From contig JAIVFI010000001.1 of assembly GCA_025558095.1 (NCBI GenBank), positions 930,001 through 994,000 of the forward strand: a stretch of DNA of 64,000 nt. The letters run 5' to 3'. The stretch is from Hyaloraphidium curvatum SAG 235-1 (taxonomy: Eukaryota; Fungi; Monoblepharomycota). Below are positions 36,834 to 48,000 of this stretch, piece by piece; position 1 is the stretch's first letter, and every line of letters begins with the position of its first letter. A program made the position numbers and the translations under genes. The notes under the pieces are model-generated. The model was not told the origin of the DNA. It was given only the letters and a program-made list of their open reading frames with translations, and ran no database searches.

Positions 36834-38075
36834 TCAAGCCTTCCGCTTCTTCTGCCCGCCTTTTGGCCCGTGATTAGGTCGCTTTGGCGGCGAACCCTTC
36901 GACGCCTTCGACGCATTCGACGCCTTCGCGGTCTTTGAACCACGATCCTCCATCCTCGCCTTCTTGTTCGATCTCTCCTCGATCGCAGCAGCTTTCCGGG
37001 CGTTGACCAACGGTTCCGCCTTGCCGACCTTGCCAACGACCTTGCTAAGAACTTCTCTAGTCTTCTCCCGTTCCTTCTTCAGGTCCACGAGCATCTCATC
37101 CGCAGTCCTCTTCTTTCCGCGGTTCACCTTGGGTTCCCCGGCAATAGCCTGAACGACGAAAGGCAGCGTGAGTCGCTTCTTCCTCTAGAATCGCAAAGGT
37201 GGCAAACCTTGTCAAACTTGCCGAGCGATGCCGTCGAAAACTTGGTGACGGCGATCGAGCGCTCCAGCTCGGCTTTCCGCAGCTCCTTGCCCTGCCGACC
37301 CGCGACCTTCTCGATCGCCGATTGTCCGGTGCCGACTCTGGCAGCGAGCGGGGCCAACCCGGCCTCCCCGGCCTCGTCCCGGTTGCGCCGCTCCCGCTTC
37401 CGGTTCCGTTCCAGCTTTCCGACCTTCTCCTCCTTCAGCTTGGCATACATGTCCGTCATGGGATCCACGTTCTTGGGCACCTCGATGACCCAGTTCTCCA
37501 TCTTCTTTTCCTCGGCGCCCTTGTAGCCGTACCGCGGCTTGTAGTCGCCGCTCGCCTCGTCGTACGCCACCCGTATCTTCTTTTTCTTCTGGATTCCCTT
37601 CGCCTTCGCGAACTTTTCCCACCGCGTGGGCGGTTTCGGCTTCGGCGCGGGTTTCTCCCGGGGGATCACCGTCACGGGGGCCGGCAGCAGGGCAAACAGT
37701 CCGTCCTCGTTCGAGTCCGTCGGGAGATTAAACAGGTGGTTCACAAGCAACTGTACAGAGTCCCGCGTGTTCTCCCGGAGGTAATCGTCCGTCCGCGAAC
37801 TGTGGAAGAACAGGGACACCAACTGTCAGGTTCAAAGGCGTGAAGGGTTCCAGGTCACACCAACTGCAAGGCAGCATAGTCCAGAACATTATGGTCGAAC
37901 GCCGCGAGGTTGCCGAGGTCGTATTCGATGGGAATCGGGCGCTCGACCTCGACTGCTTTGCTGGAGGAAGAGAGGGGAATCAGGACGCCGAAACCGCCAA
38001 GCGGCCGGTGGAGGCCCACTATTTCGCCTTGTGCGCCTCTATTTGCTGCGATACGTCGAGCGCGTCGACCTCCAT
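36834..38075 (-). CDS. RRS1: Ribosome biogenesis regulatory protein Rrs1, 4 exons
   Basis: EYDLGNLAAFD; TRDSVQLLVNHLF; IPREKPAPKPKPPTRWEKFAKAKGI; PRYGYK; STASLGKFDK. Confidence 0.95.
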
Positions 38076-38304
38076 GGCGTCGCTGGGCGCCGACCGAGTC
38101 GGGCGATGTTGTTTTGATGTTTCACCTTGACGTCGCGGCCGCCTCCCCCCCGTCGCATCTGATTGGAGCGCCCGAGTGACGAAATAGTATGCGATTCAAG
38201 GCGACAGTACATTGTGCGAGAGATTAGAGGTACTAGGCCACCATCGCGGTGAGTGCGGGCAAGAGGCAGATCCAGACAGATCAGTGGTGTTCAGAAGAAG
38301 ATCT

Positions 38305-39638
38305 CTAGGAGGCGTTGTTTCCGGGGCGCCCCGCCGGAACAGCCTGCGGCGGGGCTTGCATCACGGGGTACTGGGCCACGTACGGATAGGCCTGGTACGG
38401 CCACGTTGGGTACCCGCTGCCGGCAGGGTAGCCGCCGCCAAATGCCGCCTGCGGCATCACCGACGGCTGCGCAGCGTACGCGTACCCGTTGAACTGGCCG
38501 TTGAACTGGCCGGGCATCACGGGCATCACCATGCCCATGGGCTGCATGGTCGGGTACTGGAGCGGTTTCGGAGGCGTCGGCGGTCCGTTCAGCTGGGTCG
38601 GCGATCGGTAGCTGCCCGTGGGGCTGGACGGGTAGGTCGGGCTGCCGGTGGGGCTCTGGGCTTGCGGAGAGCCTGGGCTGTGGCTCGCAGCCTGCTGGGC
38701 GGCCGCTGCGGCCGCGGCCATGCGCGCGTGGTACCCGTCCCCTCCAGGGAGCCCGCACATGCGGCAGCGGTCCCTGCGCGCAAAGTTGAGGTCTCCGCAG
38801 CTGCAGATCCAGTCGCCTTTTTTCATCTGCACCGGCGGCTGGCCGAAGCGCGGCGCGGCGGCGACGGCGTTGTACGGGAAGTAGGGCACCGGGGGCCGCT
38901 GGGCGGGGAAGAGCACGGGCTGGCCCGCCATCGCAGCAGCTTGCATGCCATACATCGACATGGGGTAGGGCATGCCGGGAGGTGTCGGCATGGCGGCGAA
39001 CGGGGCCAGCTGGGCGGGGCCTTGGGGGCGCGAAGGCGACTGTCCCTCGTAGCCGCTCGAGTACGCCCCGGGCGAGTCGGCACGCTGCTCGATCTCGCCT
39101 TCCGAGTCGGCGTACTCGGGCTTGGGGGCATTGCAGCGGTGGCACGTCGATCGCGTTGAGTAGTTGCTGGGGCAATGCAGTTAGCATCCCCAATACGAGG
39201 GGCCGATCGACAGAGAACCCACTGGTAGCGGCAGCTGGGATCCTGGCAGTACCAATCCCCGGGCCGGCTGTTTGCTTGGTGCCTGCCGCCGTCGCTGGAG
39301 TGGCTGCCGTCCGGGGAAGTAGGTCCCGAGCCCGCAGCTGATCCGCACGCGATGCAGCTCGTCCTTGATGCGAAATTGTTGACCCCGCAGTGGCACCGCC
39401 AGTCGCCCGGCAGCACGCGGGTCGACAGCCCTTGCTTGCGGTAGCCCTGCGCCTGCTGGCCCCTGTCGTAGTCGGACCCGTGTTCCGACATGCGCGATGG
39501 CGTGCTCGCCAGCGAGGTGCCGAAGGGCGGGGGCGTCGGGGTCGTCGGCATCAGGTCCGGGGCGTGGCCGGCGTCGGCGTGCTGGGGCAACGCGGAGGCC
39601 GGGGCGCCGGCGGCGTGTTCGGCGAGCGGCTCGGCCAT
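38305..39638 (-). CDS. RNA-binding protein with three RanBP2-type zinc fingers and a P/Y/Q-rich low-complexity tail
   Basis: PGDWRCHCGVNNFASRTSCIAC; PGDWYCQDPSCRYH-NYSTRSTCHRC; KGDWICSCGDLNFARRDRCRMC. Confidence 0.88.
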
Positions 39639-40039
39639 GCCGCAGCGGGCGATAAGCGGCCCGTCGACGCGCGCTTTGCGCGGCGGCCCTCGATGCGCGG
39701 CGGTCGAATCAGGCGTGATGCATCGTCCGGGACCGACGGACGCGCGCTGCGGAGCCCTGGGATCGGCGGGCGGTGAGCACGTTGCCGGGCGGTGGGATGA
39801 TCGGCGCATCTTCGCCGGGGCCGCCGCGGCCCGCAACGCGCGATGGCGAGCGAAACACACCGGCTTCAAACGGCGCGGGGCATTCTGCGCCTCGCCCGGC
39901 GCCGCAGAGGGGCTGCGGGCGCGATTAGGACCGCGAACTGGGGGGAAGGTCGAGGTCCCTGAGGGGTTCAAGCGACGGTGTGCCAAGCCCACGCGACGCG
40001 ACGACAAACAACGCATTTCGCCCCATTCGGGAAGCCGCC

Positions 40040-40367
40040 ATGCCGACCTCGCACCACGTCGTGCGCCGCATCCTCGAAGTTTACGGACCGCAGAGCACGA
40101 AGCAGATCTTCGTGCACTTCCCCGAGGCGCGCTCGGTCAATCACCTGAAGACAGACATCCTGCGGCGTCTACACGTGAGACGCGTCGCGCTCGGTCGCCG
40201 CGGCCCCCACCAACGCATCGCGCTCCCCGCAGGCCGACAATCACATTTGGAAGGTTTTCGTGAAGTCTGGTCGCGATGGCGAGTACGTGTGGATGACAAG
40301 GAGCCAAAAGTTGGAGCACCAGAAGAACGTTCGCGAGGCAAAGAGCACATCCGCCAAAGGCTCCTGA
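40040..40367 (+). CDS. Small basic hypothetical protein (about 89 aa, 2 exons), possibly a winged-helix fold
   Basis: Good start context gccATG; intron GTGAGA...CCGCAG; MPTSHHVVRRILEVYGPQSTKQIF..SVNHLKTDILRRLH-ADNHIWKVF..YVW. Confidence 0.55.
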
Positions 40368-40591
40368 CGGATGGACCGGGGGGAACCGCGGATGCTGGGA
40401 CACTTTCTCGGGCACGGGCGGAAGTTGTGTTTTCGATACCCAAGGGATGCCATTCTGTACAGACGAAACTCATACCCAGCACCAGAATAAGAGGGTATCA
40501 GCGGTATCCGTCGCGCTCCGGATCAGCAGATGACAGAGACTGCAGAGAGAGAGAGCTTGAAGTTCGACAACCGTGGCACTTCAGGCCCGAA

Positions 40592-41790
40592 TCACAGAAC
40601 GTCGCGTTTCTTGGCCGTGTTCATGTACGGCCTGTACTTGAACTCGACGTCCGCTTCCGTCTGATCGACGGTACCGAGCCGGATTTCGTACACTGAAAAA
40701 ATCGGGTTAGGAGGTCGCGAGGTGGACGGCGAAACTCCCCACGTCGCATCTCGAATCGCGGGCCCACTTCGGCCAGCTGCACGTCGTTGCCGACCTTGTA
40801 GAAGACGTGATGTCTGCGGGCCAGCTATGAGCATGATCCAAATGAGATCGACCGTTTGGCAAACCTGAAGGAGATAAAGTCGCTCTCGTTGGCAAAGGTC
40901 ATTACCCTCTTGCTGTCCTCTTTCGGCACAGGATAGAGGAATTTCAGGATGTTGCCCACCTGAGAACAACACGGCGTCAAAGGGACGTCGAGGCAGCATT
41001 TTAAGAGGGCCCCTCACCCTCTTGCCCAGTTTGGTCGTAAAGTCGTTGAAGATGAGGTGCGGATACTGCTCCGAAACGGTGCCCGCATCGGGAATGTCGT
41101 GCCGCAGCACCACGTTGTGCAGGGAGAAGTACGCCGTGGGCCCGTAGGGGAAGTGGCACACGACCATGCCGTCCGGCTGGCCGCGGTGCTCGTGGAGGAT
41201 GATGAGGTCCGTGACCTCGTTGGACCGGCAGGCTTCGACGAGCTCCTTGATGACGTATGTTCCGCGGTTCACGCGCTGCGAGTTCGGGAAGCAGAGCCTC
41301 ATTTCCTTGGGGCGAGGCGGGCCGAGAGTGAGGGGAACTGAGGTTCGCCCGCAAATCGAAGTCCACACCTTTGCAAACTGCATCAGGCGGCTGCTAGGGT
41401 CACGGGAGGTGGTGATGAGTATCTTGGGATCTTGCAGGCCTGCCCTCGAGTACTCGTCGTCGATGTGGGTCGTGGGTTCTGGAGGGCCCTTCAGCACGAC
41501 AGTCCACGACAATACTGGAGAGGGGAGAGGCCCACCTGTCTGGGCCTCATCGTACTGGAGCTCTTTTTGCAGCGCCGCACCCTCTCTTCGCAGCTCCGGC
41601 GGAAGCTTCTTTCCCTCCTGAAGGGCCTGCTTGAGCTTCTGCTTCCTGTCGTAGATTTGCCGGTCCTTGTCCTCCAGAGCCTGCCGGGAAACCGCACACA
41701 GTCGAACGCTGCCTCTTTCTACAGCAGCAGGGTTGAACGAACCTTCCTGTACAGGAACTCCCGCCGTTGGCGGACCTGGCGTCGGATCAT
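40592..41790 (-). CDS. IMP4: U3 snoRNP protein Imp4 (Brix domain)
   Basis: MIRRQVRQRREFLYRK-ALE; IDDEY; ITTSRDPSSRL; HEHRGQPDG; HFPYGPTAYF; EVGPRFEMR-LYEIRLGT. Confidence 0.97.
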
Positions 41791-41891
41791 GTTGCGCTTT
41801 GTTTATGTACACTGCCTTCTCAGAAACGCCAGACTGCTGACTGCTGGTCTACCGCCGGCCAACCTGCCTCGCGCCCCCCGTCCATTCTACG

Positions 41892-42384
41892 ATGCTGCTC
41901 AGACGATCCGCTGGACTATGCCAGTGCCTTTTGGCGCCTGCTGCGCCGACGACGGCGGGCCGGACCTTTGCCAGCACCGCGGTCGCGTCCGACGCGGCTG
42001 AGGGAGAGGCACCAAAGAAGCGGCGCCATCGGGGCCGCAACCTGTACCAGTTCGTCCAATCGCTGCCGGAGAACGGGCTCGGCTACGACATCCGACCCGC
42101 CGAGTGGCGGAATAAGCCCGGATGTTTCTACACCCTCACGGAGCTGAAGCTGCAAGAGTTCAACAACGTACGCGTTCCGCAGCCCGGCACTCGTCCTTGC
42201 TGATCCCGTATCGCGTTCACAGGAGCTCAAACACGGCAAAGCTTGGGGTATTCTGACATGGGAGGGGAAGAAGGCGGACTACATCGCGAGGATATCGACA
42301 CCTTCCCCGCTCGGCACTACTTGGGAGCTGTACCGGGAGGACACTGGCAAATCCAACTCGGATGGCGCAGCGTCGAAGGCATAG
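41892..42384 (+). CDS. Mitochondrial ribosomal protein mS34-like, 2 exons
   Basis: Presequence; GRNLYQFVQSLPENGLG..W..PGCFYTLTEL..HGKAWGILTWEG. Confidence 0.78.
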
Positions 42385-42467
42385 CGGCGATGAGCCGACA
42401 TGATTTGTGATGTAGCTCTACCTTTGCTGCGGGAGAGCAGAGGACCAGCGAGGCTTGTATCACGCAA

Positions 42468-43055
42468 TCATTTCAAACCCATACTCTGAAAAATACCACG
42501 AATCCTCGACATTTCGGGTCCGACGACTTCAGGCGCCCCGAGCTGCTCCTCCAGAAGGGCGAGGTCGGCCTTTACGCGCTTCCATGTGTCCGCGGCGTCT
42601 CCGCGAGCGATCCTCGCGGCGAAACGGAGCGCACGGCGTGCTCCGACATTATCCAATGGTGCTTCGGGATCAAAGTGCTCCATGGGATAGATGAGCTGCA
42701 AGGAGCTCCACACTGCGCGGTCCATGCGTCCAAGGAGATACAGCGAACCGCTGCCAGTCACGACAATGCGACCCTTTGCCGCGACGAGGGCGGATGTTTT
42801 GACCAAAGCCGGAGCATCTGCAGAGCTGGCCTTGGAGCTGACGATCCGGCCCGCGTCGTCCAAGTACCACTCCTCGATGGTTACGAGCGCAGAAGCCCCG
42901 TTTGCCGTATCCGGCGGATCAAAATGGCGTGCCAGGGCATTCGTATCGGAACCTTCCTCCCCAAGGTCGTCAAACAGAACAGTTCTCGGCTTCGCTGGGC
43001 GGGGGATGGTCGACCCGGGATGTGGGTCTGGACGCTTCAAGGCAGGCTTCAGCAT
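42468..43055 (-). CDS. Small intronless SANTA-domain-like protein (195 aa)
   Basis: TIEEWYL...VKTSALVAAKGRIVVTGSGSLYLLGRMD fits the SANTA pattern (L.dW.....S..I....l.T.SG..Y.L.G.id). Confidence 0.55.
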   Translation of the reverse strand: MLKPALKRPDPHPGSTIPRPAKPRTVLFDDLGEEGSDTNALARHFDPPDTANGASALVTIEEWYLDDAGRIVSSKASSADAPALVKTSALVAAKGRIVVTGSGSLYLLGRMDRAVWSSLQLIYPMEHFDPEAPLDNVGARRALRFAARIARGDAADTWKRVKADLALLEEQLGAPEVVGPEMSRIRGIFQSMGLK

Positions 43056-43310
43056 TCTCCCGCCGCAGGTTAACGTGGAAGCGAGTTCAAAGTAGGGGAT
43101 TTTGGAGTTCTGGCCCAGTGCCGTGGCTCTATTTGCGAGTGATTCGGAGACTGCTCGAGTTGCGCGGATGACCGCAGTCCAGACCGCAGTCGACGCGAGG
43201 GATCCCCTTCCACCCCTTGGCCTTTCGAAGTGAAGCTCTGTGGCCAAAACACGGCTGCCAGTGCTTGCTGAGGCTCAACATCTGTTAGCTTGACCCGACC
43301 AGCTGCTCCG

Positions 43311-45220
43311 ATGACAGCGGACGTTGCGGGGGGACCGCCGTCACCCGAAGCGGGCCTCTTCCGGCGGCTCCTGGAGCTGCCCGCGGACGTCATCGAAGCA
43401 TCATTGGCATTTCTTGGAGACGAGGATACGCCGGTGGAGAGCGAAGCCGCGGTGCTGGCCCGAGATTCTCTTCCCCGGGGCTCCTATTCCGCGTCATTCG
43501 CCGCGTCCATCTTTTCGGATGCCGGATCCCTGGGCGATGATTTGGACCGCCTTCTTCGCCAGTGGGCGATTTGCTTTGAACACGATTGGAAGCTGAAGTC
43601 GGAACGAGCGGGTTTGGCCAGCCTATTGAAGGCATTGACTTCAAAACCGCGCGACGCTGTGGCCTGGGAGCCCGAAGCTGCACGGGCCCAGACACCCGGG
43701 ACCACTGGCAAAGCTGCGCGCAGTCGCCCGAAGGGTGAGGGCTCCCGGGGCTCGGTTGTGCAGAAAGGAGCTAAGAAAGCACCCAACGACGCGGGCATGA
43801 CGTTGGCCGTTCTCGGTAGGGCGGCATGTTCGTCCAACCATGGTTTCTCCCAAGTAACCTCTTCTCATTAGATGCGACGTTGGACAAACTTCACGGGCAT
43901 GTGCTGCGACTGACGCTTGCCATCAACGACGCCCTCGCGAGACTCGCCAAGCTGAGGGCGGATTGCACGTTTTTGCGGAGCTTCCATCGAGCCATTATCA
44001 ACGAAACCATGCGACAAACCCCTCATGGAACTATGGACGACAGGCTTTCGAGGCGCTTGACCATGTGGGGAGCTGTCGCTCATTCAGGCTCGCAATTTGG
44101 GCTGACGTCGTGTTCATTCAGTTGCAACCTCCTTGATTCCCTCGCCGAGCGCTGCTCCAAGGTCTTGAGCATCGCTCCGTCGCCACTGGAATCCTTCGAC
44201 AGCGCGCCGTGGGATGCAATCGCACCCTTGGCAACTGCCTTCGACAGCGCTACCCGGACGCCGGATCGCAGGGCTCGCCCGTCAACCTCTTTTGCCGATG
44301 CACAGGCGCGAGCAAATGAACGTGGTCTCTCCCGCTCTGTTCCTTCCTCGCAGGTTCGCTCGTCGCAAACGGACCTTTCCATGGTTGCTTCGTCGCTCGC
44401 CGCCAAGGCACTTGAATCTCCGAGCATTGCGAAGCTTTTGGACGGCGGTGTGGCATTGCACGGGGCCTCTGATCATGATCTTGTCGACGACAGTGAGACG
44501 GACGAGGAGTTTGATCGAAAGCCCCGACGCCCGCGGCGCCAACAGGAGACCCCTCTTGCCGCCGAGCATCCACGTGAAGTGGCTCCGACACCCACACGGG
44601 CTGCGGAACCGCGACTTCCGGATCCTCCCTCGTCGCAGGACATTGCTAATGCGAGCAACGGCAGCACAGGGAGCTCCCTGTCGCCGAGCGTCCTTGCGGT
44701 GCCGGCATCTGGCAAGGTTCGCGCCAGCGGTGCTCCAGCACCCCAACAAGTTCCTGTGGACGAAGAGGCTGAGGAGCCGCAGTTGCACCCTGCCTCACGC
44801 CGAACGACACAGCAGCTTCGCGATGCACTGGCTGCCTTGTTGGACGGAGAAAGCGACAACGGTGCCTTCTTAGCGGAATCTTCTCAGGAGGTAAATCAAC
44901 ATGCAACGGATTGGTCGCCGGAAGCATCTGCACCTGAGCTTCCGGCCGCGCGGCGTGCGAAGCGGGCCCTCAGCGATAGCCCGGACACGGACAGCGGCAG
45001 CGTGCGGGAGGCGAAGCGACATCGAACCGAGGATAGGCAACCGTTGGCGGCAAGATCACAAAATAGCCAGCAATCTTCGGGGGATGCGAATCCGCCATCC
45101 ATGTTTTCGCGCCTTTTGGGTTGGGTTGGAATGGGCCGGTCGTCGGGCTCCGATCATAGCGGCTCGCAAAAGAGGGATGCGGGGGATTCGGCTGAAACGG
45201 ACGAATTCCATTCGGTTTGA
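43311..45220 (+). CDS. Hypothetical protein with helical N-terminal half and disordered, NLS-bearing C-terminal half (3 exons)
   Basis: ORFs 43290-43871 and 43826-45220 are joined by a GT-AG intron at about 43816-43871; a second intron lies at about 44064-44121. Confidence 0.6.
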
Positions 45221-45387
45221 GCTTCTGCCGTTTTCCAGTGTTTTCAGTATATTGGAAATCAATTGATCGTGCTCTCTTCTCTTTTCTTTTCGAACACGTC
45301 ACCGTCCAACCCCCACCTCCACCTTGTCCGGAAAGCTCGCGCACACTGTCTCCTCCAGGACGACGACAGCTAGGAGACGTTCCAGCG

Positions 45388-46390
45388 ATGGAGGGGCAAA
45401 CGTTCAAGCACCGCCTGCATCTCGAACCGGGCCCTTCGCCTCAAAATTGTGACCCGCGCTCCGGGCGGGCCTTGTTCGTTGGGACCGCGACGGTCATCGT
45501 CGAATGGGCGGGCCTCCGCTTCATGACCGATCCGAACTTTCTACACAAGGGAGAACACGTTCACCTCGGGCCAGGAATCGTTTCGGAGCGACTGACGGAC
45601 CCGGCCGTGAACCTCGAAGACGTCGGGCCTGTCGATTTCGTTCTCCTGTCCCATTTCCACGAGGACTACTTCGACAAACTGGTCCAGGAGAAGCTCTATC
45701 GCGCCGTTCCGATCTTGACGACGCCGCAAGCGGCCGAGGAGCTGAGCAAGATTGGCTTTCTCGCAGCTATCGCCGTCGAGACCTGGCAGACCGCCCTAGT
45801 CACCAAGGGCGACGCCAAGCTTCTCATAAGCTCCATGCCGGCCCAGCATGCGCCCACGGGTTTGGGTTTTGCCCTGCCCGACACGATGGGCTCAATCGTA
45901 ACGTTCGTCTGGTCGCACGAGGCTCGGGGCCAAGCCGATCTCGACTCGATGCTCGCGGAGGACGTGATGCGATCGGCAGTCTTCCGCATGCTCTTCTCGG
46001 GCGACACCCTGCTCGTCGATCAGCTTCGAGAGATACCCAAGCGTTACCCGCACAGAATTGATGTTGCCTTCGTCCACCTCGGCGGAACGCGGATCGCGAT
46101 GGGTCGCGATGGGTCTCGTTCTGGTCACGATGGATGCAACTCAGGGCGTTAAGTTCATCCGCCTGATCGAGCCCAGGACGGCCATTCCAATCGTTCGTGT
46201 CTCTAGAGATGGTTCGTGTTGACATCCGGCTGACTCGCCGCGTCAGCATTACAATGACTACGATGTTTTCAAATCAAGCCTCGACGATTTTGTCGCGGAA
46301 GCCCAGCGCGAGGGCCTTGAGCAGGACAGCGAGATCGAACTGGTCTACTTGAAGCACGGCGACGTCTACGGATTCACCACCACCGCATGA
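45388..46390 (+). pseudogene. MBL-fold metallo-hydrolase (UlaG-like) with a frameshifting 10-bp duplication and a mutated metal motif
   Basis: FVGTATV..FMTDPNFLHKGEHVHLGPG; LSHFHEDYFD (HxHxDH with last H as Y); SGDTL; HLGGT. TCGCGATGGG x2 at 46094-46113 shifts the frame before VTMDATQG..AIPI-HYNDYDVFKS. Confidence 0.8.
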
Positions 46391-46461
46391 AATCTTTGCT
46401 CAGCAGCATAGACAATTCAATTTGTACAATCCTCGAGATGTACAGTCGACCATGCGACAGC

Positions 46462-47593
46462 TCAGTTGTAACTAATCAACTCGTCGAGTTCGTCTAATTT
46501 CATCCGCAAGAGCTCTTCCTGCGAAGGCTCCCCTTGCTTCTCCTCTGCAAAGAGTTCGACGGCCGAATCCGGCCGGGATGGCGGGAGCGTTTTGGCCGCG
46601 AACAACGGCGAAGGTGCCACAAACACGGCCAGTTCCGGCGTTTCGGGCCGCGGAGCTGCAGGAAGTGCCGGGGCTGCCGTGCCCTCTCCGAGTCCTGCGT
46701 GATCCACGTCCATGGCGGCAATGTCCTCGTCTGCATTTGTCACGGCAAGCACGGGAACGCCGGAGCCCCCATTGCCCGCAGGGGAAGCGTCCGCCACGCG
46801 GGGCGAGCCGCTGGACGGCTTGACCTTCCGCTCCGTGGGGCTCGCTCCTTTGGCCCGACCGGCGCCGCGAGCTCCGGTGTTTGGCACGTTCAGGCGACAG
46901 CGCGGGATGGGCAGGCCGGATCTTGGTTTGGCCATGATCCTCTCCTGAGTAAGCACGCCCACCGGGACCTGCGCGACCGGTTAGCACCGAACCGAGGTCA
47001 CGAAGGACGCAACACAGCGACCAACATTTTCCCTGTCGACAAAGTACCGCGCCTGGCGCGGGCTGTCGGGTACAGTCCAGACTCCGAGGAGGGGCCGCCG
47101 CGGCGGCTTGCACTCTGAACACCGCTTGAAATGGTTCGAAATCCTGGATGACACTGTCGCCTGCGGCGTTTGTCCGCTGGAATGTCGGCCGGTGAAGAGT
47201 GAGATTTTGCTTTGGCGCGGAAGCTGCGGCTCGTACGAACCCGAGACCGCTCGTTGCCACGCCCCACTGCATGATCATGGCCGTTATCTCGGACGGGCCC
47301 GACGGAATGTTGCCCCCAAGAATCAGCGCACGCACGATGGCGATAAAGACGTTGTCCCTCGCGTCGTCCACGTGAATGACGACGCGGACAGACGGTGGCG
47401 GCGGTTTGCTCCGGTCCATCACCAGACCCACAATCGGCTCGGGATCATCCGTGTTTAGAACCCGCGAGTGCGTAAGAGCGGCGTAGTTGGCCTGATTCGC
47501 GGGGAGGTAGCTCATCTGCTGGACCGTCTGGCCGTTGCCGGCGTCGACAATGGTCCGCTTCTGGAGCCGCGCGGCGATCCTGCGCTTGCCCAT
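46462..47593 (-). CDS. Gds1-like winged-helix protein, 3 exons
   Basis: DNVFIAIVRALILGGNIPSGPSEITAMIMQWG..LG-GQTPQATVSSRISNHFKRC..RPLL. Confidence 0.7.
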
Positions 47594-48000
47594 TGCTCGC
47601 CCTCTGCACACCAAAAAGGACCCGAACGATCCAGGTATGCGGCGCGGGTGCCGGCGCAGCGCGCGGCGGCGGGCACTTTAGGGACGACGGATCAACGACG
47701 AAACTCGCAATTCCGGTGCGCGCCGAACGTCGCGCGGTGCGCCGGCACCGGATGGCGCGGCCGCCGTGTTATGCCGTCGGGCTGAGCCCGAATCAGCCGG
47801 CGCGGCAGCCGGACGACGTTGCGCGCGAGCAGTAGAGCCGGCAAACTGGTCTGCGCGGACGTCCCTTTCGCGCGGTCGATGATCACCCCACGGTCGCGCT
47901 CCCGCTCGCGCCCAACGTCCGTCACACCCGTTGGAAAGTATTGGCGGCAACGACGGCGTGCGATGTGAATTTGCTGCACGGAGTTTTGTCGCCGGGCGGC

